NCBI RefSeq assembly: GCF_001194135.2
Contig: NC_068981.1
Span: 160,370,722 to 160,434,721, forward strand
Length of the DNA stretch: 64,000 nucleotides
DNA from: Octopus bimaculoides
Taxonomy: Eukaryota
Direction: 5' to 3'
Shown: in pieces, positions 1 to 13,835 of the stretch
Position numbering within the stretch: the first letter of the stretch is position 1
Layout of the letters: the number at the start of each line of letters is the position of its first letter
The notes under the pieces: model-generated
The model's database searches: none
Told to the model about the DNA's origin: nothing
Seen by the model: only the letters and a program-made list of their open reading frames with translations
Program-made: the position numbers and the translations under genes

Positions 1-61
1 GTTTAAGTGAATAATGAAACAGATTAGTTAAATGGTAACTTATTGATTAGAATGGTAGATA

Positions 62-69
62 TATAGATA

Positions 70-105
<36 letters not shown>

Positions 106-1660
106 AAAGAGAGTTTGTTTATGTGTGTGTATGTTCCTTATGCATTCCAAACCTGAGTTTCCAATTTTCACGTAAGGGGTATCAAAAGATTCAGTAAACT
201 TTTGGCTACCAACTAAACGATATTTTCATTCACATATTTGCATTACAAGAATTTAACATTTATCATTTTTTTTTTTTTTAGTCACCTATCATAAACGACA
301 TTATATATCACCACCACAATAGCGATGACATCACATTTTCTATATGAGTGTGTTCACGCGTTCATTACCTATGTTAGGCCAATGACTGACAAGTATATGT
401 GTGTGACAGTGAATGTGTCTGTCAGTATACATACATTTTGGTGACAACTGATACACACACAAACATCTAATGACAGACAGACACACACAGGGACAGTGTG
501 TGTGTGTCTTAGTTTACGTATGTAACTCCCCCCTCCCCCCAAATAGTGAAACGCACCAATTTTGAAAGTTTACTTGCAGCCTGAACTTCAAACAAACAAC
601 AAGGTTCACTTTCAAGTACTACCAACATGAAGATTTGGCTGATTTAACACCACTCACAATACTCGCAAATATATCTGAAAAAATATCATTCTGGTTATTA
701 TAACAAATTCAGAAACTTGGCGAAATAGAAAGCTTCAGTGGTTCTTTCAATATAATTACAGAAATGTTATTCCATTCCTTCTAACCAGTTTCAAGATAAT
801 GTTTTTTCAACAGTCCTTGTATTCTTCATCACTTATCAACATCGCACAACCTTTTTACTGCGTTACTCAGTATTTATTCTACAGCCTATAATGTTACACA
901 GTTCAAAAACAGCATCTTCCTTTTTAAACACTTGGTTCAGCGTTCATAAAGGTATAAATATATAAATATAAAAATAAAAATGTGAGTGCATATCAGGTAT
1001 TTTTTTTTTTTTTGTTTATGTTAAAGAAGTGTTAATATGGTTATTACTAAAAGGTAGTCTTTTGAATAATAGTCAAACTGGAATTTAATTCGTTGGGCAA
1101 AATTGAAACAGCTGTAAAAGAACATGTTGAATTTTTGCAGATTAATGCTACATCTTCATTTTCTGAATTTTTATTTGTGTACATATATATATATGTCTTC
1201 AAACGTCGACATTCAAACAGCTTTTCCATATTGAGACAAACGGACTCTGCACAATTGTATCCATCTGGGAATGCGTTTTCAATAATTGAAATTCACAATT
1301 CTAATCAGTTTACATGAACGTCCAACCTATGATTGATTTTGAACAGTTTCGATTAACATTCTTGTGTCACTAATACAACAACTGCACTACCATATATTTT
1401 TCTTTTAAGGCGAGGTTATACCACAAATAAGGTTCCGTGACTACATGGGGCTATGGGTACACACGTGAAGTTAGTTTTACAATATCGACCCGCAAAATCC
1501 TTAGCATCGTATTGTTTTTGGGTTGTTCTTACTTTTTTTGTTTTTGGAATTTTTGGGTTTTTTTTATTTTTAGTTCTTTTTATTATTCAAAATATACATA
1601 GGAAATAGCCTTTAACCAAATCCACCACACTGCCCGAGTGAAACCGGGAAAAACAGCTAG
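62..1660 (+). mobile_element. Probable non-autonomous Helitron-like element
   Basis: The 3' end has the Helitron signature: hairpin CCCG-agtgaaac-CGGG (1633-1648), then CTAG (1657-1660) followed by T. The 5' end is (AT)n-AAAAGAGAGTTTGTTT-(GT)n, resembling Helitron 5' ends, but the TC start is obscured by (AT)n so the 5' boundary is approximate. The interior is richer in CpG than the flanks. No Rep/helicase motif was recognised. Confidence 0.6.
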
Positions 1661-3485
1661 TTTATCTATAACTTCCTTCTGTACGAACAACTGTGCATCT
1701 CACTCAGCTTACTTCTCACAGTTGTGTAATGACTTTTATTTTAAGTACCAAGAAATCATTTTCCTTTAAAACCATTATATTTTCAGTTTCCATCTAAATT
1801 TTACTTTCATTTTCTTCCATGTAACTCTAGACTTGTAGGTATGAGATTTAAAAAAAATTAATATTATAAGAAATTTTTAATTTTATAAAGTAAAATTCCG
1901 ACTCTAAGGAGACTGGTTGTAGTCTGCTTAGCAAAAGTTATTTGATATGAATTTGTGGAGAAAAAAGTTTCAGGGAGTTGATATACCATGTGGAGTGAAA
2001 AATACATTTCACCTATTTTCATATGTCTTTTTGCAACAACAATAGTATTAGACTCTATATTATTTCCTTCTAATGTTTACTATTGAATTGTATTACATAT
2101 AAAATAAAGAAAGAAAACATTCAAATAAATTGTGTGTGTGTTGATAAATCAGTTCTTCTCGACTGAATTCTGCTTTTAAATTGTTTCAAACATCTTTCCT
2201 TTCTATAAAGAAAAATACCCATACATCATCATCATCATAAGTCTGCATTAAATAGACAAGTAGTTGTTTATTGTTGATAGCATTTTTAAAATGGTAACGT
2301 TTGCAGAGATAATTGTGTTCCTTCTCTGTATAAATTCTTCTTTTCCTTCAATTTCAAAAATGTATTGTTTGCTTTATCATTATTTGTTCTGTCACTCTCC
2401 ACTTCAGCATTATGTATTATGACATATTTCTTTCCTTTTCTTGTCTGCTTCTCTCATCTCTCTCTCTCTCTCTCTCCTCTCTTTCATCTCTCACCCCCTC
2501 TCTCCTTGTCATTAATTTTAAACATATTTCATGAGAGAATACTTAGTACAAAACAAGAATAAATGTATATAGCAAGGGAGGGCAGTATTGAGGGATGTTA
2601 ACATGATCAGAGCATTCAACTTAGTGCTGATTGCATCTACAAAAGGAACCTACATATATAATTCCAATACATAAAAAAAAACAATGTTATATAAGATGAG
2701 ATCTAATATTGGTATTGTCAGTTTTAGTGATACACACTATTGTGATCATCTCCCATTTATCATAATATATTATTCTTTATGTCAGCTAGTGAAAAGAGAA
2801 GCATGGTGTCTATATGACTTTAACAGTGTAAATAGTTATGAACAAGAACTATAGTATAAAGGTGTTTATGTGAGATTACTTTGATGAACCATGGCCATGT
2901 CCTTTTTAATAGAAGTAGTTATGGAACTTTCTTTATAGGTTTCTTATTTCTATTGACAGATAATTGCTTTCAACCAGATTCTGTTGAAATGAGAAGATGA
3001 AGGGATTGTGTGAAATTAGGACAGTTGATGACAAAGAGATGCTCAGAGTTAGATTATTGAGAAAATATATGAGATACAGATAGGTTTTAAAGGGCATGGG
3101 TGCTCATAATTTGGTTTGTGTGAAACTACACAAGTGGCAAGTTTTACAGATAGTCTCAAATAAAACTAAGATGCTGATCCAAACAGTAAAATTCATAAGA
3201 TCCCATGGAAGAGGTAAAAAAAAAATTACAGATAATCAAATGAATTGAGGTTTGAATGTTTTCAATTTAGTGAAATATTGTGATCGTTGTTTAATAAATA
3301 TTTAGTATTTCAACCTAGTGTACCACGCTTATCATTGTCTCATGCAGATGTAAGCTTTGTGGAATAGAGCATTTCAGTCAAAGTTGTTTTTACATTTGCT
3401 TATGTTGAAAAGTTTCACCAGTGTCCAAAAGAGAATGGGTGAGATGGATTTGTTTCCTGAAGATTTCCCTAAGTTTTGGGCTACA

Positions 3486-3815
3486 GCATAGCCTAAAACT
3501 TGAGAAGCTTGCTTAACAATCATGAAGTTCTGGGTTTGAGCCTACTGCTTAACATCTTGGGCAAATGTCATTTTCTGTAGTCTTGGACTGATCTATAACT
3601 TGTGAGTGACATTGGACTGAATGATACTGTATAAAAGCCCATCAGGTGGATTGTTCCTGTAATTCTTAAAGGTACAGCTTTATCAGTGTGTCACAAACTC
3701 TATATGACGATTATGTTAAAGGTACATGTGCCTGTGGACTGCTCAACCACCTACACAATTCAGGAGCAGGTAATTCAGTTGATTGAACTGAAACTTCATC
3801 ATCAAATGATGGAGA
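3486..3815 (+). mobile_element. Decayed tRNA-derived SINE
   Basis: Degenerate head ('catgaagttctgggtttgagcctactg...cttgggcaaatgtc'). The 3' body resembles the SINE at 29415-29738 ('ggtacatgtgcctgtggactgctcaaccac'). Confidence 0.5.
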
Positions 3816-4059
3816 TCCACCATAATGTCTGTGTGCATGTGCATATACACACTGTATCTGCACAAAAAAAAAGGGAGAAATTATTTTTTAAATGGTGATT
3901 TAATATCCCTCTGGTGTATTCTTGGTGTGCTAAATGTTTAGACATGTTGCAGAGGTTGTGTAGATCAGTGCAGCTTGCTACCCTGTGAGCTGTGTTTATC
4001 ACTCAATCATATAGTGTTCTTATGAAAATTGCCTTGGATGTAATTCCAGATTAGAGCGC

Positions 4060-4190
4060 ATCAGTGAAAATCATTGGAATAACTATCAGTAATGGGCCTG
4101 GCAATCAGGAGGTCACAGTTATTATGAACAGATATGATGTGGAGAATGAAATCATTTCTGATTTAGGCAATAAACTCTGTGTATAATTCA
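4060..4190 (+). mobile_element. Possible decayed Penelope-like RT N-terminal fragment
   Basis: With one frameshift it reads ...SGG / TVIMNRYD...ISDL, resembling the (A)DKGGAVVIMNRxDY motif of GIY-YIG Penelope-like elements. Short and degenerate. Confidence 0.3.
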
Positions 4191-4679
4191 GAGGAAAGAA
4201 CTTTTTTTTACTACCTTTGATCAGTGTATCTCATGGATATACAGCTGCTTGAATTCTTTGGAACAAAATAAGCCACAAATACAAACTACCTGAATATGCT
4301 ATAGAAATTTTTTTTTTTTTTTGTTGCATATCAGTTTGGTTTGAACTCAAGCATTCATTGAAAAATCTAGATTTGGTTATGCATGCTAACTTTATTTTGT
4401 TGTAAGATTTAAAATTTAAGGTATGCTGTTGAAATAGATTTGGTTGGTATATGAAGACTGACATGTAGTTACGTAAAGGTTACCCTTTTTAATGTTTTGT
4501 ACATAGGAAAGAAGTTTGTATGTATCTCTTTGCTAAGAGATTTGCTAGTTCTAAGAGCAGCAGTTTTAGTTGCACTTCATGGAGAATACCTAATAAGTTG
4601 TTCATTGTAGTTTAAATTTCTGTTGTCTTTTGTATGTTTTTTTTTCCCCCCATTTACTGACACTACTTGTTGGTTTAAT

Positions 4680-4960
4680 TCCTGACAGTAGTGCCACTGT
4701 GATCTCCCCGTTGCATGACAGGAAGTGAGATTTAAACTCTGTATGCACACACTTGGAACAGATATATAAGACATTCTATCCAAAGATCTGACCATTCCTC
4801 CGATCCACTACCCTGGATCAGTATGTTATTTATTGAACCTGTAAGGATGAAAAACAAACTTGACTCCTCAGCAGGATTTGAGCTTGTAGTGCAAACAGTC
4901 AACAAATGCCTAAAAGCTTTCTATTTGACTATCTAATGCCTCTGCCAATTCGCTACCTTT
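4680..4960 (-). mobile_element. Decayed SINE
   Basis: Reverse complement contains 'agctcaaatcctgctgaggagtcaagtttgtttttcatccttacaggttcaataaataa', the same central motif as the SINE cluster at 12.7-17.9 kb. Confidence 0.5.
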
Positions 4961-5104
4961 CAGCATATATTAATTACACCATTGTTAAGAATAGCTCAGA
5001 TAGATATTATAACTTACTAGAAAATAAGAATTCTATAATCATAATTATTCGATCAGTTTTACATAATAATAATGATTATGTCCAATAGCAATTATGATGT
5101 TATT

Positions 5105-5330
5105 GTTTTTTGCCTCAGGTCAGACTTCACTGAACATATATATATCCTCAAAGGTGTTCAAGCTTTGAGCATCCTATCTTTTTGTATATCAAAGACTACA
5201 ATATCCAATGTGTCCTTCCTATTTTTTTGTTTTTTTTAAGGACAGTAAGATGGGCTTTAAAAAAGATTTGGTTGCTATTACTAGCAGGTTGAACGACCTT
5301 GTGGAGGTTTTCTTTATTGGGTGGTGATAG
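5105..5330 (-). mobile_element. Dispersed SINE-like repeat (related pieces at ~12040-12200, 37715-37833/39008-39095, 43680-43870, 50090-50230, 52745-52985)
   Basis: Shared motifs recur in both orientations across the window: 'gctagaaatagcagccaaatc...aaggacacattgg...atggtcatggctg...(aac)n'. Confidence 0.55.
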
Positions 5331-6224
5331 CCATCGCAGCAGCTCAGTTTAAAACATTCAAGTATTTGCTTACTTTTTTTATTGACTGAAATGGTGTGAT
5401 ATTCACCAATTAACAGATATGAATATTGAGCTTACTTTGACATCCAGAATTTCTTTCTAATATAACATGACCAAACATGTATCTATTCTTGAATGTGTGT
5501 TTAATTAGCATGTGCAAAATTCTCATTTTTACTTTTGAGTGCATAAGAAAATCAATCTGAAAATCAATTTCACACTAAAAGCTTTATTAATAGTTAGTTA
5601 CAAGTTTGAGTTAGTTACTGCTATCATACCGGAAATTAAAAACATTTTTTTAATTTATTTACTTCATAGAATCCACGCTTTGTAATGGATAAATCAATTA
5701 TAGCATAAAGAAAATTTATTTTATGGGGGGGGGGGGGTTAGTCGGTTAAATAACATTATCACTTTCCTTTTGCTTGTTACAATCACCGAGCAACAAAACA
5801 TTTTATTGATATACATCTTACCTGTCTGGTCTTTAACTTATCTAAGCAAAAATATGTTTATATATTATCAGAATACATTATTGCATTTCCCTGATATTCC
5901 ATGCATTTTCAATAATTTAGAGTCTATATAAAGCCCCTTCAAATTTAATATTCCGTGCAGTTTCTAATATCTTTACAACAAATACAATTCCAATCTTCTG
6001 TTCTAAAATATATGAGGCCTACCTTTAATAGCTCACATAAGTTAAATATTTAAAAGTGCCATTTATTAAATTTAAGACAGGCAACTTTGCAATTTAATCA
6101 CATATTTTATTCAAAATGAAAATCACTTTTCTTTAAAAGAGTAATGTGATGAAAATTATTTTAAAATTTTTTAAACTTATAGAAAAGCTATAGAATAAAC
6201 ACCTATCACCAGTACAATATTTAA

Positions 6225-6437
6225 TCCTTTGTGTTGTTTATTGTAATTTTTTGTGGAGCATTTACACTGGCCATATCCAACGAAAATATTTTACAAGTTT
6301 TATGTTCAAATCAGCCAGATCTAACCTTTCACACCAACTCTACATTATCATTCTAAAAATTAACAGTAACCTCATCAAAATCTTGAAAGCTACAAAATAA
6401 TGCATGATTAATGCAAAACAATGTGAATGCTAAAGGG
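6225..6437 (-). mobile_element. TTAA-flanked (piggyBac-type) MITE, family A
   Basis: TTAA at 6221-6224 and 6438-6441; ends tcctttgtg.../...gctaaaggg. The body is the reverse complement of the element at 26740-26962. Confidence 0.6.
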
Positions 6438-6669
6438 TTAATACATCTTCAGTGTTGTTAACATCTAACTGAAGGAGTAACATTTTAGATACTGATATTG
6501 ACAGTTTCTAAATTACCTGTTAAAATAATAATTAGTGCTTGACATATATATATAAAGAGTTATGCAGTTTGGAAGATGACTCTTATGTTGAATTATTCAG
6601 TCCATTCCAACTTAAAATTTCAGACATTATATTAGGATCCCCTGAGTGATATTACTCAACAGAGTGTGT

Positions 6670-6980
6670 AGCTCAGAGCTGAGTTGCAACTTCTTTGCAT
6701 TGAGCAGTCACAGCTCCAGTGCTATGGACATGTAATTAGAATGTTGCAGGAAACAATTGCAAGACTGATTCTTCAAGCCAAGCAGAGGACTTAGAGTTAG
6801 CCCAAGAATGAGATGGTTGCATAATATTCTTAGTCTCAGTTGGTCACACTTGAGAATGCAGCTGGAAAGCATAATGATGGTTGCTTCTGATTGGATTCTA
6901 TGGGGGAAGTACCTTAGAACTCTACCCTCATGACTCTCCCAGGAATAATGAGCAGAGAAGATGAATAGATGGATAGATAG
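6670..6980 (+). mobile_element. 3' end of an RTE-clade (Rex3/Expander-like) LINE
   Basis: Translates to QLLCIEQSQLQCYGHVIRMLQETIARLILQAKQ /frameshift/ LRVSPRMRWLHNILSLSWSHLRMQLE...LRTLPS*. This matches the RTE C-terminal IERSQLRWFGHVxRM...RPRTRW pattern and is followed by a gatggatagatag tail. Confidence 0.7.
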
Positions 6981-7011
6981 CAATGGTGATAGTAGTGTGT
7001 CATCTTGAATA

Positions 7012-7047
<36 letters not shown>

Positions 7048-7609
7048 CGACGACGGCAAAAATATACAAACCACTTTGGTCAAAATTCTCCATTAAAATT
7101 GACAAGTTCCTTTCTGCTGTATTTACCATTCCATTATGTCTAAATCTGAATTACAATTGTTTTCAGTGCATCCACTGGCTGTGAATTGTAGAATGCAGTC
7201 AAATTAACAGATAACTGGATTTACTACCTGGTTTTCACTCCAGGATGCAGCTATTTCACTTCCTCTTGTGTTGCTAATACATATGGGAAGTGATACATAT
7301 TCTCTTTTTTTGTCCTAAGATTCTATTTATGCTGATAAAGGACTCCTTTATTTGCAAAATCCTGCCCTGTAGTCTGTGAATTTGAAGAATGATTAAGCAA
7401 TGAAAGCTGAAGATGAGTAATAACTTCTAGGAAATAAGTATGAAGTGTTGAATATGCTATATAAATCAGAAAGGTACTTGTTCATGAGGAGGTAAGGAAG
7501 ATTATTGGAAATTAGATATAATTAGATCTAACTCTATCATAATTCATTGAGAAATTGAAAGAGGGAGAGAGCATCTATAACAGAGATAAGAGTTTAGGGT
7601 TGTGCACAC

Positions 7610-7649
<40 letters not shown>

Positions 7650-7911
7650 GGTTTGAATTATTAGGAATGACACAAACGGAAAGCTAGCAACAGTTTGGGT
7701 AAGTTAAGAAATACATGATAAATAATTTTAGATTGATCTTTGGGGTTTAGGCATGGGAGAAGAAGTAATCAATAATTGCAAAAATTAAAAAGGAAAACAT
7801 GTTAAAACTAATTACTAAGTTAACATGAAGAATATGCCAGGAATTGGAAATGAATAAACTCTCTAGGCTGTGTATTCAGAACTTTACCTTTCATTCATAT
7901 GTGTGTGTGCT

Positions 7912-7960
<49 letters not shown>

Positions 7961-7998
7961 ATACATATATGTGTGTGTATATATATATATATATATAT

Positions 7999-8443
7999 NN
8001 NNNNNNNNNNNNNNNNNNNNNNNNNNNNNNNNNNNNNNNNNNNNNNNNNNNNNNNNNNNNNNNNNNNNNNNNNNNNNNNNNNNNNNNNNNNNNNNNNNNN
8101 NNNNNNNNNNNNNNNNNNNNNNNNNNNNNNNNNNNNNNNNNNNNNNNNNNNNNNNNNNNNNNNNNNNNNNNNNNNNNNNNNNNNNNNNNNNNNNNNNNNN
8201 NNNNNNNNNNNNNNNNNNNNNNNNNNNNNNNNNNNNNNNNNNNNNNNNNNNNNNNNNNNNNNNNNNNNNNNNNNNNNNNNNNNNNNNNNNNNNNNNNNNN
8301 NNNNNNNNNNNNNNNNNNNNNNNNNNNNNNNNNNNNNNNNNNNNNNNNNNNNNNNNNNNNNNNNNNNNNNNNNNNNNNNNNNNNNNNNNNNNNNNNNNNN
8401 NNNNNNNNNNNNNNNNNNNNNNNNNNNNNNNNNNNNNNNNNNN
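7999..8443. other. Assembly gap (445 N) next to a (TA)/(TG) microsatellite
   Basis: Run of N directly after (TA)n. Confidence 0.99.
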
Positions 8444-8710
8444 TATTCCCATAACTATGCAATCTTCTCCCTCTACTCCTCTTCTGTCTCTATAATTCTT
8501 TCTCTCAAACCAAAAAGACTGAGTATAGCAGTCTTTTACTCATCCTGTACCTCTAATATCAACTCTGTTTGTATCTCCCTTTTATTCTCTCACTCCCTCT
8601 CAAAATAATGTAAAGCATGCCTCATGCCTGAAGAAATCAACCAACCTACCAACCAACCAACTAACATTTTTATCAGCTATATATATATATATGTATACAC
8701 ACACACACAT

Positions 8711-9142
8711 ATCATCATTGTCATCATCATCATTGAATGTCCATTTTCCATGCTGGCATGGGTTGGACAGTTTGGCTGAAAACTGGTAAGTTGAGGAGCT
8801 GCACCAGGTTTCAGTCTAATTTGGCATGGTTTCTTCAACTGGATGCCCTTCCTAATGCCAGCCACTTCAAGAGTGTAGTGGGTACTTTTTACATGCCATC
8901 AGCACTGGTACCGGTTACGAAACACTAGCATCAGCCACAGCTGCAATCTCATTTTGTTTGACAAGTTTTCTCAAGCATGGGTATATCGCCAAAAGTCTCA
9001 GTCACTTGTCACTGCCTTCGTGAGGCCCAAAGTTTGAGGGGTGCTTTTTACATGCCACCACCACTGGTGCTAGTTATGGGACACTGGCATTGGCCAAGGC
9101 TATGATTTCACTTGGCTTGATGAGTCTTCTCAAACATGGCAT
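8711..9142 (-). mobile_element. RTE 3'-tail-derived element (short, SINE-like)
   Basis: (ATC)n tail, 'ccatgctggcatgggttggacagtttg...ggatgcccttcctaatgccagccac', plus internal modules matching the reverse complement of the RTE 3' region at 55400-56110. Confidence 0.75.
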
Positions 9143-10863
9143 GAATAATTCAAAATTACAGTTCATGTAATTTGACAGGGTTCAATTAAAACAATTACTG
9201 GACTTTTTCCATTTGAGTTTTTTTATGTTATTCATTGTTCCCAAGGAAGTTTGATTTTTGTTTTGGTTTATGTATGGTGCATTTACAAATAGACTTTACT
9301 TTTCATATCAAGAAGATATGTGCTTATTCTGCTAACCTCTAGAACTAACATACACATATGCATGTGTATTCATTTTACTGTTTGTGATTTTGAGGAATTT
9401 AAGGCGGGGACTAAGTGAAGAGCTGAGTGCATGACTATTAAGCAGAAACAAACATACATCTTTCTTTACCTTAAGAGTCATACACTCAGTCCCTCCTTTG
9501 TGTTGCAACAAACATTTCCTTTTCAATTAAATGCAGATGATAATTATAATTACATAATTCATATGTTCTTTTCATGATAACTAGATGCTTTAGAATCTTC
9601 AATTCTGATCTCTCAAATATCTTGAGAAACTTTTTTTTTTTTATTCAGTGTTTCGCTTCAGCATTAATGTTATATTTTAGTATTTCTGCTTGGTTTACTT
9701 TTCTTGTTTCTTATGGTTACTAATATTTAAACTGTGTTCATTTTTGTTGTTATTTTTCTTTTCTTTTGTTTGTGAATTGAAAAAAAGAATTCTGATTAGA
9801 TGAGCTGCAATTTACATGAAATTGTTTCTAAGAACTATAATTAGGTCATTTAGAGAAATCAATATAATAAATTCTACTCAAATTTTCAACAGTGCATGGA
9901 TTCAAATCAAACAAGTTGTTCCTTCACTGTTTGTCCTGCTTCTTCTTAAACCTCTTAGTGGAACCAAAAGATTTAACAACTGGCTCTTATGAAGCACTTA
10001 ACCTCTTTTATAGTTCAAACATTAATTGCTTATCTGGCTTTATGAAAAGCCAAATTTTCTTCATATCCAAGAATCCTTTCTGTTTATAAGAGCAAAAAAG
10101 GCATAAAGTGTAAACAAGTTTGAATATATGTGAAGACCAGGAACTAAGCCTATTTTATAAGCTTCCAATAATACCTCAAGGTTCAATTTTATTGACCAAA
10201 ATAATAAGAAAAAAATATTAGATTATCATAGTAACATTTCAGAAAGTTAATATATTATATATTCATAAATCATTAGATTATTTATTAAATTTCAATCTCT
10301 CCCACTATTTCTCCTTCTCCTCCCACCCCCACCTCTGCCACTTCTCATTTTACAAGCTGTAAAAGTAATCAGCTTTTTATTCTTTTATTCATGTATCACA
10401 TTTTAGCAGCATTTTATTATTAAAATTAACTCCACTCATATCTGATTTAATATGACTTTTATCAATAGAGAAATTTGTTGATAGATAAAGCAAAGCTTAT
10501 CTTGATAATGATATGTAAATGTTGTGTAATCCAAAATTCTTTTTTCAATTCTGTATACAAATTGATGCAGCTTTCAAAAGTAATCCAGTTTGACAAAATA
10601 ATTTCCTGTCTCTGTCTGTCATCTTTCTCCTGTATATCATCTCATATTGGATTACTATAACTTACAACATATTTTAATGTAACAAAACATAATTGCTTTG
10701 GAGTCATAATGGTTTTAATTAATCACTTGCTAGATTAAATTGTAAAATTCTAATTTTTCAACTGCTGAAATCAATATTTTTTTTAAACAACTCATCAAAC
10801 TATTCTTGTGAAACGATGATGCCAATTTCTAATCTCTTCAATTAAAATCAATTGCAGCATTTA

Positions 10864-10898
<35 letters not shown>

Positions 10899-11764
10899 TT
10901 GATGATGATGATGATGGTAATAATAATAATTATTATTATTAGTACTACTGCTGCTACTACTTTTAATATCTTTCATGCTAAACCATGCTAATATTGACCA
11001 GAAACATAATGTTCATTGTGTTGAGAAGACATTGATCTTATTCAGAAATGTTATTGTCAAATGGTATTATAACAGTTTTGGGAAACTATTATTACTGTTT
11101 CTATGATTTTATTTTATAGTTTGGAATACTGCTTTGTCTAATTTTTTATGTTGCTATTAGTGATGAGTGACTAAATACCAAGGTTTTTAGTAGAGCATTT
11201 GATCATGCGCATTGCAATGTTTAATTGTGTCACTCTGAGTTCAGGTCTTGCTTTAGTCAGTTTTGCTTTTCATCTCTTCAAGATTGGTTAACCCTTTTGT
11301 TACCATATTTCTGTTGAAATACACTGCTTTTGTTTCAACTATTTTTGAAAATAAAGAAGAATTGACTAATATATAACCTTACCATTATTAAACTGGTGTT
11401 TTGAACATAAATTAACGTGAAATTTTGATGGGAAGTTTTTAATTTAGAATACATTAAACAAAAAGTGTGTATTATAGAACCTGAGGCAGCCTCAGGTAGA
11501 TTGGTGTCAAAAGAGTTAAATAAGTACCAGTAATATACTGATGTGTTCAATCAGTCAACTATACTATCTCCTGGGGAAAGAAAAATTATCCCGCAACTAA
11601 ACAAAAGAAATAAATATTTGTTAGATATTCAAACAGTTATAAAATCCAAGTACTTAACAAAATAGAATATTGAATACTTGCTCTTGGCTCATGTGTTTTG
11701 AAGCTATTGCAACATTATATCTTAGCTTTGAGTAAAGAACTTTAACTTTACTTAAACTTTGCAG

Positions 11765-11830
11765 CAGAAGCAGATTTTCATATTGGCAATTCTGATGGAA
11801 GGATTGATACAACTTATGGTGCATTTCATT
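11765..11830 (+). CDS. Candidate 66-nt internal exon of an unidentified gene
   Basis: Acceptor 'ctttacttaaactttgcag|' and donor '|gtaaat'. The phase-1 frame (x)EADFHIGNSDGRIDTTYGAFH has G-rich first and A/T-rich third codon positions. The phase-0 frame (QKQIFILAILMEGLIQLMVHFI) is also open. No protein family recognised. Confidence 0.4.
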
Positions 11831-13835
11831 GTAAATCTGATTTGATATACTTTCTGAATGCATATGTGTGCTTTATGTCACTTTTTATTACATTACATAT
11901 TAGAACATCACAGAAAGTATGAAATTCTTTATTTTAAAAGAAATTTATTTTAGGCAGGAACATTTCTTATACATGAGTTGTCTTAGTTATTCCAATATGC
12001 TGACCTATTGACTTTTCTTTTTACAACATGATTCATTGAAGGCACCTGTACATGGTTGCTCAAACAGCTAGAAATAACTGTGAAATCTTCCTCAAATTGC
12101 ATGATATTTTTCCATTTTAAAAAATGAAAGAACACAGTATCCTAGAGATGCCTCTAAAAAGATTGAATGGTCATGGTTGACCTAAGATAAACAATAGCAA
12201 CTATTTTCAATACTGAAGAAATTTGAATGTCCTGAGTTTCTCAAAAAACTAGTTCCAGACTATATAATTAAATAGTCTTTCTCCTTCTCTCTTTTTTTTT
12301 TTTTTTTTACTCTAAACTGTTATCACCATACATAATCTTCATTTTACACCTGCTTTTCCTTTTTGGTATGGCTCAGACATCGTCAAAGTCTGAATCAGTT
12401 ACTTGCCCACCCACCCCCCTAGTTCGGCTGCAGAGCACATCTCACTCACATGTTCCATTTTTTATATATATGATTTCTATGTCTGAATTGTCTTCTTATC
12501 ACCAACAGTTTTACAAAGTGTACTGGATGCATTTCATCTAGTTACTAGTTGGCAGTAGTCCAAAAGGGAATATCTTGCCTCTAGAAAGACTAAAGAGCCC
12601 TTTGTATTCTATATTGTCTCCTTTCATTTATTTATCAGCACCAGGAAAGTTGTGTCATTTTCAACAAGACTGAAGAGAATCCCTTCTTCTTTGTTTTGTC
12701 TCTGTTGTTTGTTCCCCTCACAACTGGATTTTGGAGGGTGAGGACTAGTTGATTACATCAACCCCAGTGTTCAACTGGTACTTATTTTATTCCCCCCTCC
12801 ACCCCCCACCCCCCGGATGAAAAGCAAAGTCAAGTTGGTGGAATTTGAACTCAGAACATAAACACAATTGAAATGCCACTAAGCATTTTACCCAGTGTGC
12901 TAATGAGTCTGCCAGGTCACTGACATGCGTTCTATTTCTCATCAAATAGGGAATTTGGTGAGGAGGAAAAAGAGGAAGTGTGATAGAAGAGAACAAGGAA
13001 AAAGGAATAGGAAGGTGTTTGAAGAGAGTAATGGATGAGCCAAAGCAAAAAGATGAGAATGAAAAGAATGGCAGGGAAATAAAAGAAAATGTAATGGAGG
13101 AGATAGAGAGAATTGTAGTAAAAAGCCAGAACAAAAAGTGTAGAAGAGAGATTAAGTAAGAAAGCATAGAAGAAGAGAGACAAGGTAATGAAAAATAGAG
13201 TATCTGTATACTTTGTTTGTCACTGAAATCATTGCCAACTCTTATTGACTGTCTTGAACTTTCAGGAGTGACTTTTGTTTGTGAGTAAAGAGAATATATT
13301 TTTGTCTCTCAAATGAAGCTTCAGTTTCTGTTTGGGAGGGGAGAGAGGAATGTTTTTCTCTCTCAGATGATGTTTAATCCCCACCCAAAAACATCAGTGT
13401 CCACTTCGCTCTACAACACACAAACTTCTTTATATTCATAAACTATCACAGATTACCATCAGTTTCCCTGGTCTTTATTAAGGCAGTGACCTGGCAGAAT
13501 CATTAGCATGCTGGGCAAAATGCTTAGCGGCATTTCATCCATCTTTATGTTCTGAGTTCAAATTCCACCAAGGTTGACTTTACCATTCATCCTTTCGTGG
13601 TCAATAAAATGAGCACCAGTTGAACACTGGGGTTGATGTAATCAACTAGTCCCCTCGACCCCAAAATTTCAGTAGAAAGTATTATCATTATTATTTTTAT
13701 TATTATTATTATAATTATCATGAAGGTTGTGAGCTGGCATTACTGTTAGCATGCCAGGCAAGATGCTTAGCAGCATTTCATCTGTCTGTACATTCTGTGT
13801 TCAAATGCCACCAAGGTCAACTTTGCTCTTCATCC

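Noticed and set aside
7844-8608. ORFs of 185-254 aa in the ORF track
   Set aside because: They run through (TA/TG)n and a 445-N gap.
11765-11830. Cadherin-like (FxI...GxIxT) or kinase DxxxxN identity for the candidate exon
   Set aside because: It lacks the LDRE motif and the HxD context, so there is not enough evidence to name a gene.
12787-13183. 126-aa and 83-aa minus-strand ORFs
   Set aside because: Antisense of a purine-rich tract plus a SINE.
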